Assembly (NCBI GenBank): GCA_964634935.1
Contig: CAZWJT010000009.1
Span: 31,852-95,851, forward strand
Source of the DNA: an uncultured Planctomycetia bacterium
Lineage (GTDB): Bacteria > Omnitrophota > Gorgyraeia > Duberdicusellales > Duberdicusellaceae
Direction of reading: 5' to 3'
Length of the DNA stretch: 64,000 bases
The translations under genes and the position numbers were made by a program. Below the pieces are notes generated by a model. The model did no database searches. It saw only the letters and a program-made list of their open reading frames with translations, and was not told the origin of the DNA. This document shows positions 57,374-64,000 of this stretch, one piece after another (the first letter of the stretch is position 1; each line of letters begins with the position of its first letter).

Positions 57374-59333
57374 TTTTTTGAAAGAAATACTCCCCATTAC
57401 AGCGTCAGCCGAAGAGATTGCTTCTCGCCTTACCGGAGCAGGTTTAGAGGTTGGGGCTGTCGAACAACGCGGGGATGATTATTTGCTTGAAGCAGAGGTG
57501 ACTACAAACCGGTATGATTGGCTTTCTTTGGTTGGGATTGCCTACGAAATTTCTGCATTGTTTCAAAAAAAGATGGTTTTTCCAAAGGCCGCATACAGGC
57601 TTCCAGAGGCGACCTTAAAAACAATAGAAATCAAGAATCCGAAAGATTGTTTTCTGTATTACGGAGCACGGGTAGAGCAAATCACCGTTGGTCCTTCTCC
57701 GGAATTTATAGCAAACCGGTTAACCTGCTCAGGAATAAGGCCAATCAATAACGTGGTTGATATCACCAACTATTGCATGTTGAAATGGGGTCAGCCACTC
57801 CATGCGTTTGACCAGGATACTCTGCACGGGAAGATCGTTGTTCGGAGAGCCAAGGATGAAGAAAAGCTTACGACGCTCGATGGGCGCGAATATGTTTTAA
57901 AACCGGATATGCTCGTTATCGCCGATGAACAATCGCCGGTTGCGATTGCCGGGATTATGGGCGGGAAGAATACAGAAATTACCAGCGCAAGCAAAAAAGT
58001 TTTTTTAGAAGCGGCTATTTTCAACCCATTGGTTATACGGCGTGGGCGCAGAATGCTCGGTGTTTCTACCGATTCTTCATACCGTTTCGAGCGTTCGGTA
58101 CATCCTCCGTATACTCTTGAGGCTTTTCGGGAAGTCTTATGGCTTTTGGAAAAGTATGCCGGAGGCAAGCTTTCTGTCTGGGGAGTAGCCGGGAAGATTC
58201 CAGGTGCAGAAAGAAAACGGATTATTTTTTCACCGGCGCAACTGGAAAAACACATTGGGGTTTCTCCATCAACAAAAACAATCAAGAATATCCTTTCTCT
58301 TTTGGGCATGACGGTAGCTGTTAGGGGAAGCAAAATTTCAGTAACTCCCCCTGCATACCGGAGAGATGTTTGTATCCGAGAGGATGTCTTCGAAGAAGTT
58401 GCTCGGATTTACGGATACGAGAAGATTCCTCCGCGCACGCCGTTTTTTAAGAAAAATCCATCTAGTTTTGCATTCCGTTTTAAGGGTCAAATTCGCCAAA
58501 AACTCATCAGCCTTGGATTCCAGGAAGTTATTACCTATAGCTTTTCTTCAGCTGCCCAAGAGGCATTTTCGTCAAAAGATGAGTTGATCGCGTTAGTTAA
58601 TCCTTTGCGTTCCGAAGAGAATCTTTTACGGAATACCCTGTGTTCCGGTATGCTCAAAACAATACAGTATAATTTATTTCAGAAAGAGAAAAATATTTCT
58701 TTCTTTGAGATCGGGAATGTTTTTGGCAAGGGAGATTCGGCACCCCAGGAACAAACAGTGATTTGCCTGGGAATGAGCGCGCAAAGCAAGAACGAATTCT
58801 TCTCGTTTAAAGGAAAAATTCACGGGTTTTTCGCGATGCTTGGAGAAAAAGTGACGTTTCGCAAGGAAATGCGCGAAGGCTTTAGCGGGTATGGCCTTCT
58901 TTTTGTTGGAGAAAAGCATTTGGGATTCCTTGGGAGACTTTCCGGAGAATTTCGGAAAGCTGCTGGCTTGTCCGAAGAAGTTTTTATCGCGGAATTCTCG
59001 CTCAAGCTTCTTAGTGAGATTGCCCGGCAACCGCTGTTCAGGGAATTTTCTTTGTATCCCGCGATTGAACGAGATATCAGTATGGCTTTGCATAAAAACG
59101 GTGATTTTTCCGAAGTTGAGAAACTTGTCCGAAAGCAACTCGGGGTTCTCTTGGAGCGCTTTGAAGTGATCGATATCTATGAAGGTAAGTCTGTTCCGGA
59201 AAATTTCATTGGTTTCACGCTCCGGATTTACTACCGGGACAAAACGCGTACGCTCACGTCAGGCGAGATTGACACTCTGCATACTTCCTTGCGACAGGCG
59301 ATAGCTTCTCGAGAGAATTTTCTCCTGCGCTAA
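57357..59333 (+). CDS. pheT: phenylalanine--tRNA ligase beta subunit, short form lacking the N-terminal tRNA-binding (Myf/EMAP) domain
   Basis: B3/B4, B5 and FDX-ACB domains recognisable. The N-terminus runs straight from GLEVGAVEQ into GDDYLLEAEVTTNRYD, without the about 110-aa OB insert of canonical bacterial PheT. Confidence 0.9.
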   Translation: MKLSVNFLKEILPITASAEEIASRLTGAGLEVGAVEQRGDDYLLEAEVTTNRYDWLSLVGIAYEISALFQKKMVFPKAAYRLPEATLKTIEIKNPKDCFLYYGARVEQITVGPSPEFIANRLTCSGIRPINNVVDITNYCMLKWGQPLHAFDQDTLHGKIVVRRAKDEEKLTTLDGREYVLKPDMLVIADEQSPVAIAGIMGGKNTEITSASKKVFLEAAIFNPLVIRRGRRMLGVSTDSSYRFERSVHPPYTLEAFREVLWLLEKYAGGKLSVWGVAGKIPGAERKRIIFSPAQLEKHIGVSPSTKTIKNILSLLGMTVAVRGSKISVTPPAYRRDVCIREDVFEEVARIYGYEKIPPRTPFFKKNPSSFAFRFKGQIRQKLISLGFQEVITYSFSSAAQEAFSSKDELIALVNPLRSEENLLRNTLCSGMLKTIQYNLFQKEKNISFFEIGNVFGKGDSAPQEQTVICLGMSAQSKNEFFSFKGKIHGFFAMLGEKVTFRKEMREGFSGYGLLFVGEKHLGFLGRLSGEFRKAAGLSEEVFIAEFSLKLLSEIARQPLFREFSLYPAIERDISMALHKNGDFSEVEKLVRKQLGVLLERFEVIDIYEGKSVPENFIGFTLRIYYRDKTRTLTSGEIDTLHTSLRQAIASRENFLLR

Positions 59334-59352
59334 TTTTTTCCTCTGCGGGGGC

Positions 59353-59381
59353 TTGAAATTCTTCATAAAATCTGGTATAGT
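59353..59381 (+). promoter_or_regulatory. strong sigma70-type promoter (extended -10) driving a non-coding unit
   Basis: TTGAAA (59353..59358), 17-nt spacer, TGgTATAGT (59373..59381). Confidence 0.55.
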
Positions 59382-59387
59382 AAAGAT

Positions 59388-59572
59388 AGCTTATTTGAAA
59401 CATTCCCTGCCAGCACCGAAGCAGGAAGATCTTGAGCCAACACAAATATCCGGGGCGCTGGACTCTTGTTCTGCGAAAGCGGTTCAAGGAGGTGCCCAAG
59501 TAAGCAACGGACTTAAAGATGCTACTGCTTCGGGCTAACGGTGGGGGTGCCTGATAAATCCCCTCTTTTCTT
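59388..59572 (+). ncRNA. ssrS: candidate 6S RNA (ssrS)-like about 185-nt non-coding RNA, promoter-to-terminator unit
   Basis: No credible ORF (only a TTG-initiated 61-codon frame starting inside the -35 box). The 5' CCGAAGCAGGAAGATCTT can pair with the 3' AAGATGCTACTGCTTCGGG as a long interrupted closing stem. There is an internal hairpin CTCTTGTTCTGC-GAAA-GCGGTTCAAGGAG (GNRA loop), and the unit ends in GGGG-N13-CCCC-TCTTTTCTT. It sits upstream of a 5-formyl-THF cyclo-ligase gene, as ssrS does upstream of ygfA in E. coli. Confidence 0.4.
59543..59572 (+). terminator. candidate intrinsic terminator
   Basis: GGGGG-TGCCTGATAAAT-CCCC followed by TCTTTTCTT. Confidence 0.4.
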
Positions 59573-59665
59573 CAATCTTTCCATCCTCTTTGTGGTGCAT
59601 TTCATCCAGTCTTATTATGCCTTGAAATTTTCTTAATTTCGGGTAAACTAGGATAGAGAATTTAT

Positions 59666-60307
59666 ATGATTGTAACTAAAATAAAGCCACAAAGCGAGAT
59701 TTTCTCTCTGCTTCTCGGTGTCCAACGGGTTTTTTTGCTTGGTTGCGGAGATTGTGCGACTGTTTGTAAGACGGGTTCGGAGGAAGTCCTTATTCAGTGG
59801 TCTCAGTATCTGCGTAATCAGGGAATAGAAATTTCCGGGCATGGGGTTGCCGAGGTTGGTTGCAATGCCGCTTCTGTGCGTAAAACTTTTGCCCAAAACT
59901 CTCAGGCACTTAAGAAAGCGGACGCGATTTTAGTATTTTCCTGTGGTTTAGGGGTGCAATCAGTCCGTCAAAATCTTCGGGAAGAGAAGAGGGCGATTCC
60001 GGCCTTAAACACTATTTTTGCCGGAGTTACGACTACCCAGCAAATACTTGAGAAGCGATGTCTCTTGTGTGGAGAGTGCGTTTTAGGGCTTACTGCAGGG
60101 ATATGCCCAAAGGCATTATGTTCCAAGGGTCTTTTAAATGGACCCTGTGGAGGAACGAAGCACGGGAAATGCGAGGTTGATAAGAATAAAGAATGTGCCT
60201 GGGCAGAGATACACAAACATCTTGCTGGAAAGCCGTCTTTAAAAGATATCCTTGCTCCGCAGGATCACTCTCGAAGCCAGAGCCAAAACAGCGTCCAGCT
60301 AGTCTAG
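59666..60307 (+). CDS. Cys-rich MTHFR C-terminal-domain-like (MetV-like) zinc-finger protein
   Basis: MIVTKIKPQSEIFSLL ... LLGCGDCATVCKTG, CLLCGECVLGLTAGICPKALC and LLNGPCGG motifs resemble the MTHFR_C/MetV family. No metF is adjacent. Confidence 0.4.
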   Translation: MIVTKIKPQSEIFSLLLGVQRVFLLGCGDCATVCKTGSEEVLIQWSQYLRNQGIEISGHGVAEVGCNAASVRKTFAQNSQALKKADAILVFSCGLGVQSVRQNLREEKRAIPALNTIFAGVTTTQQILEKRCLLCGECVLGLTAGICPKALCSKGLLNGPCGGTKHGKCEVDKNKECAWAEIHKHLAGKPSLKDILAPQDHSRSQSQNSVQLV

Positions 60308-60311
60308 TGCA

Positions 60312-60902
60312 ATGGGTCAGATAACCGGTATTATGGATACTACGGTACACGAAAAGAAGCAACAGATGCGCAGGACCATAAAAGCGCTGCTTCGCGGTTT
60401 GTCATTAGAAGACAGAGAAAGGAGGAGCGAGGATGTTTGTCGGAAGATCAAATCTTTACCGCTCTACCAGAAAGCAAAAACAATTGTATTTTATTATCCG
60501 TTGGATAAAGAGGTGAATGTTATTTCGCTCATCGTGCAGGCACTTGGAGAACAAAAAGTGGTTGGTTTACCTCGGGTATTGTCCGACAGGAAGACACTAA
60601 AAATGTGTCGGATTGAAAGCCTGAGTTCTCTTGAAGCTGGGCCATGGGGGATCCGGCAGCCACGCGAAAATGGCTTACAGGAAATCGAAACACACAATAT
60701 CGATGCGCTTCTTGTTCCGGGTATCGCTTTTGACAGGCAAGGGAACCGCCTTGGGCGAGGAGGAGGATTTTATGATTCTTTTCTCTGCGCCACAAAGGAT
60801 ACTGCTGTGAAAATCGGAGTGTGTTTTTCATTCCAAATCCAAGATAACCTGCCACGAGAGCCTCTGCGCGACGCAAAGGTCAATTTTGTAGTCAGCGCAT
60901 AA
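60312..60902 (+). CDS. ygfA: 5-formyltetrahydrofolate cyclo-ligase
   Basis: 5-FTHF_cyc-lig pattern: [14 protein letters not shown] ... GIRQPRE ... [25 protein letters not shown]. Confidence 0.8.
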   Translation: MGQITGIMDTTVHEKKQQMRRTIKALLRGLSLEDRERRSEDVCRKIKSLPLYQKAKTIVFYYPLDKEVNVISLIVQALGEQKVVGLPRVLSDRKTLKMCRIESLSSLEAGPWGIRQPRENGLQEIETHNIDALLVPGIAFDRQGNRLGRGGGFYDSFLCATKDTAVKIGVCFSFQIQDNLPREPLRDAKVNFVVSA

Positions 60903-60940
60903 CGCATCCACGACATAGAAACAAGAAGGAGGAAAACGAC

Positions 60941-62494
60941 ATGCTACAGAGTATTGTTGTAAGCATCGGAGTGCTGGTGGTACTTTTTCTCGGGTACCGC
61001 ATCGGCATCCAAAGCGAAAAAAAGGCTCATAAGGCGGCTGAAGATTCAGTGCAGGCGCTTGTCGATCAGGCAAAACGCAAAGCCGAGGATATAGCCCGGA
61101 AAGCTGAGCTCGACGCGAAAGAGATGCTTTTTAAGCTGCGCGTTGATTTTGAGGCGCAAAACGAACAGAAAAAGCGAGAAATGGACGGTCTGGAGAAAAA
61201 ACTTCTCCAGCGGGAAGAAAATCTTGAGAAGCGCCTGGAATTTCTCCAGCAGAAAGAAGAAGAGGCTGGGAAGAAGAAAGAAGAATTAGATGCGTTAACG
61301 CAAACGCTCGAAAAAAAGAACCACCAACTCAATGAGCTGCTTTCTGAGGAGAAAAAGAGACTTCAGGATATTTCCTCGTTAAGCGTTGAGCAAGCCAGGG
61401 AAATTTTGCTGAAGCGGTTGGAGTCAGAGATTTTGAAAGAGAAAGCCGAAATGCTGAAGCATATGGAAGAAGAAATAAAACTGGAAGCCGATAAGAAAGC
61501 AAAGGAAATTGTCACCTTGGCTATCCAGCGCTGCGCGGTGGATCATACCCAAGAGACAACGGTGAGTGTTGTGCCTCTGCCGAATGACGAAATGAAAGGG
61601 AGGATTATCGGGCGTGAAGGCCGGAATATCCGGACCTTAGAAATGGCCACAGGCGTCGATGTGATTATCGACGATACGCCAGAAGCCGTGACTTTATCCG
61701 GGTTTGACCCCATCCGCCGTGAAATCGCCAGACAGGTGCTTGAAAAACTGATCAGCGACGGCAGAATTCACCCGGCGCGCATCGAAGAAACCGTAGAGAA
61801 GGTAAAGAAGGAATTTGAGAAGCAGATTTTGGAGGAAGGGAAAAATCTCTGTTTTGAGGTTGATATCCATAATCTCAATATCGAGCTTGTCAAGACTCTT
61901 GGCAAGCTGCGCTATCGGACGAGTTTTGGGCAGAATGCTCTTCAACATTCAAAAGAAGTTGCGATACTCATGGGCGGCCTTGCTTCAGAGCTTGGTCTTG
62001 ATGTGCGCCTTGCCCGGCGCATCGGTTTGCTTCATGATCTCGGTAAGGCAATTGACCATCAGATGGAGGGGACCCACGCGCTCTTGGGCGCGGATTTAGC
62101 GAAGAAATATGGGGAGAAAGAAATCGTTCTGAATGCGATTGCCTCGCACCACGAAGAAGCTGAACCGATTTCCATCTATGCTGTTCTCGCCGCGGTTGCT
62201 GATGCGATCTCTGCGTCTCGGCCTGGCGCACGCCGGGAGACCTTTGAAACCTATATCAAGCGGCTTCAGACACTCGAAGGTATTGCGAATTCTTTCCCGG
62301 GCGTTGAGCGAAGCTTTGCAATTCAAGCCGGTCGGGAAATCAGGATTATTGTTCAGCCCGATAAGATCAGCGATACTGACACTGTAGTGTTAGCGCGTGA
62401 TCTGAAAAAGAAAATAGAGGAAGAAATGGATTATCCTGGTCAGATCCGCATCACAGTTATCCGAGAGACCAGGGTTGTTGAATATGCGAAGTAA
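60941..62494 (+). CDS. rny: ribonuclease Y
   Basis: N-terminal TM anchor, coiled coil, KH domain ([25 protein letters not shown]), HD domain ([17 protein letters not shown] ... LLHDLGK). Confidence 0.95.
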   Translation: MLQSIVVSIGVLVVLFLGYRIGIQSEKKAHKAAEDSVQALVDQAKRKAEDIARKAELDAKEMLFKLRVDFEAQNEQKKREMDGLEKKLLQREENLEKRLEFLQQKEEEAGKKKEELDALTQTLEKKNHQLNELLSEEKKRLQDISSLSVEQAREILLKRLESEILKEKAEMLKHMEEEIKLEADKKAKEIVTLAIQRCAVDHTQETTVSVVPLPNDEMKGRIIGREGRNIRTLEMATGVDVIIDDTPEAVTLSGFDPIRREIARQVLEKLISDGRIHPARIEETVEKVKKEFEKQILEEGKNLCFEVDIHNLNIELVKTLGKLRYRTSFGQNALQHSKEVAILMGGLASELGLDVRLARRIGLLHDLGKAIDHQMEGTHALLGADLAKKYGEKEIVLNAIASHHEEAEPISIYAVLAAVADAISASRPGARRETFETYIKRLQTLEGIANSFPGVERSFAIQAGREIRIIVQPDKISDTDTVVLARDLKKKIEEEMDYPGQIRITVIRETRVVEYAK

Positions 62495-62517
62495 GTTTGC
62501 GTGAGCCCCAGAGAGTA

Positions 62518-63306
62518 ATGAAGATTTTATTTCTCGGTGACATCGTTGGAAGCCCCGGGCGGAATTTTCTGCGCAACAATTTGCCAAGAATCCGCGAAGC
62601 AAATCACTATGATTTTGTGATTGCCAACGCAGAAAATGCCGCAGGAGGTTCCGGAATCACCGAAAAGACAGCCCGTGAAATCTTTGCTGCGGGAGTAGAC
62701 GTTCTTACGTTAGGCGACCACGCTTTTAAAAAGCAAGATGTGCAAACAGTTTTGAATACTATGGACGTAATCCGGCCGCTGAACTACGGGGAGGCCGTAT
62801 GGGGTCGCGGATATAGCATCAAAGAGCGGCAAGTAAGCGGATCTTCCAGCCGGATAAAAATCATTGTTATTAATTTGATCGGACGGGTTTTTATGCAGCC
62901 GGTTGACTGTCCCTTCAAAGGGGTTCAGGAACTTCTTGGAAAAATCAAAGAGCCGCAAGCTTTGATATTCGTGGATATGCACGCTGAAGCTACATCGGAA
63001 AAGCTGGCATTGGGTTTTATGCTTTCCGGAAAAGTTTCGGGGGTGTTTGGGACTCATACGCATATTCCTACTGCCGACGAGAGGATCCTTGGCGGGCATA
63101 CCGCCTATATTACCGATGTGGGTATGGTGGGTAGCTGGGATTCCATCCTCGGCCGTAAAAAAGAAGACGTGCTCCAGCGTTTTTTAACAAACATCCCTAC
63201 CTGTTTTAACGTGGCAGAACAAGACGTAAGAGCACAAGGGGTTGAAGTCGAGGTAGACATAGAGACTGGGAAGGCCTTAAAGATATCCCGGGTTGAATTC
63301 AAGTAA
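62518..63306 (+). CDS. ymdB: YmdB-family metallophosphoesterase (2',3'-cyclic-nucleotide phosphodiesterase)
   Basis: MKILFLGDIVGSPGR ... ANAENAAGG ... GDHAF; rny-ymdB synteny as in Bacillus. Confidence 0.85.
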   Translation: MKILFLGDIVGSPGRNFLRNNLPRIREANHYDFVIANAENAAGGSGITEKTAREIFAAGVDVLTLGDHAFKKQDVQTVLNTMDVIRPLNYGEAVWGRGYSIKERQVSGSSSRIKIIVINLIGRVFMQPVDCPFKGVQELLGKIKEPQALIFVDMHAEATSEKLALGFMLSGKVSGVFGTHTHIPTADERILGGHTAYITDVGMVGSWDSILGRKKEDVLQRFLTNIPTCFNVAEQDVRAQGVEVEVDIETGKALKISRVEFK

Positions 63307-63356
63307 GAAACCCGAAACATCCTGAAGCAAGAAGTATCTTGCAAGAAAGGAGGCAT

Positions 63357-63725
63357 ATGCTTGATTTTTCCGACAGAAGAAGATTTCCCCGAGCAAGTTA
63401 TCCATGCCGAATTATCCTTTTTTCCGGCGATGAACGGGAGGTTATTTCTCTGCATACAGAAAATATCAGCGCCGGCGGCATCCGGCTCATCGTGGATAAG
63501 AGGCTGACGGTGAACAACACCGTTGAGATCGAACTTTTCGCTGAGCTTTCCCCGATCGTGTGTAAAGGTAGAATCGCCTGGGTGAGCGAGATTAAGCCGA
63601 TGGAAGGCGAGAACGCCTATTTGTTCGACGTAGGCATTGAGTTTATTGAGATTTCAGAAAAATGCAAAGAACGGCTTGAGAAGTTAGTAAGCAAGTTGGT
63701 CGACCGGATGAATAACGGTCGATAA
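63357..63725 (+). CDS. PilZ domain protein (c-di-GMP-binding)
   Basis: RRRFPRASY (RxxxR) and TENISAGG (D/NxSxGG) motifs; AAGGAGG RBS 5 nt upstream of the chosen ATG. Confidence 0.7.
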   Translation: MLDFSDRRRFPRASYPCRIILFSGDEREVISLHTENISAGGIRLIVDKRLTVNNTVEIELFAELSPIVCKGRIAWVSEIKPMEGENAYLFDVGIEFIEISEKCKERLEKLVSKLVDRMNNGR

Positions 63726-63749
63726 GCCAAGAAACCAAGGAGGTTATCG

Positions 63750-64000
63750 TGTGGGACCAGGCTGAACGGAGAAAAGCGCCTCGGGTAAATTTTCCTTGCA
63801 GGATTATTCTCTCTCCTGAGTTAAGCCAGGAAGCACTTTCGCTTCACACCGAGAATATCAGTCTCGGGGGGTTGAGGGTTATCTCCGATAAAAAGCTTTC
63901 CGTGAATATGGTAGTTTCTCTTGAGCTCTTCGCTGAGCTTTCTCCGATTGCCTGCAAAGGTAGAATCGCCTGGGTACAGCAGATGCACCCCACGGCAAGC
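63750..64000 (+). CDS. PilZ domain protein, tandem paralog (GTG start; truncated by window end)
   Basis: Manual translation VWDQAERRKAPRVNFPCRIIL ... HTENISLGGLRVISDKKLSVN ... LFAELSPIACKGRIAWV. Near-identical DNA to 63480..63620; AAGGAGG RBS upstream. Confidence 0.6.

Noticed and set aside
59353-59538. 61-codon plus-strand ORF (MKFFIKSGIVKIAYLKH...) covering the proposed 6S RNA region
   Set aside because: It 'starts' at the TTG of the -35 hexamer, has no RBS, low-complexity composition, and a 61-codon open frame is not statistically unusual at about 50% GC. Interpreted as non-coding.
59334-59665. Possibility that the pheT-downstream spacer is a THF riboswitch for the folate genes
   Set aside because: I could not find the conserved THF-aptamer blocks. 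A strong promoter plus terminator bracket a discrete about 185-nt unit, which fits a stand-alone sRNA better than a leader. This needs a covariance-model search to settle.

Overview
This is a ~64 kb chromosomal segment of about 50% GC, nearly gap-free, centred on a replication-origin gene cluster. The minus strand carries dnaA, dnaN, a DUF721 gene, gyrB, gyrA and tRNA-Glu. From the dnaA start the plus strand carries rpmH, yidD, yidC, parA, parB, ndk, yicC, remA, gmk, rpoZ, tRNA-Leu, tRNA-Val, a cpaF-like ATPase gene, thrS, infC, rpmI, rplT, trkA x2, trkH, pheS, pheT, rny and ymdB. Every gene left of about 43.0 kb is on the minus strand and every gene to the right is on the plus strand, as expected for an origin-flanking region; a DnaA-box-like cluster sits in the dnaA-dnaN spacer. 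The host appears diderm (OmpA-LysM, AsmA/TamB-like proteins, lipoproteins) but carries Firmicute-style housekeeping genes (RNase Y, YmdB, RemA, DUF721) and domain-reduced ThrS and PheT. The left 35 kb is accessory-like. It holds six tandem Flp/class-III-signal-peptide prepilin genes; an AT-rich hypothetical gene; a Maf-RlmD fusion in an operon with a nitroreductase, an AsmA-like protein and a DUF1318-like lipoprotein; and a standalone DUF2156 (MprF C-terminal domain-like) gene next to a double zinc-ribbon gene and a large anchored exoprotein. It also holds a 130-nt-period WYLGEE-repeat coiled-coil gene, glgP, a short GGQ-domain gene (ArfB-like), an ABC-F gene, and a cassette of atypical GroES, B12-binding radical SAM protein, a roughly 15-helix membrane protein and an NYN-domain protein. 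Features absent from the ORF track are: rpmH (45 aa); a 34-codon hydrophobic ORF translationally coupled between trkA and trkH; an AUU-initiated infC; a parS-like palindrome at parA; and a promoter-to-terminator ~185-nt non-coding unit upstream of a MetV-like/5-formyl-THF cyclo-ligase pair, proposed as 6S RNA. The window ends in tandem PilZ paralogs. No CRISPR arrays, reverse transcriptases or integrases were seen.
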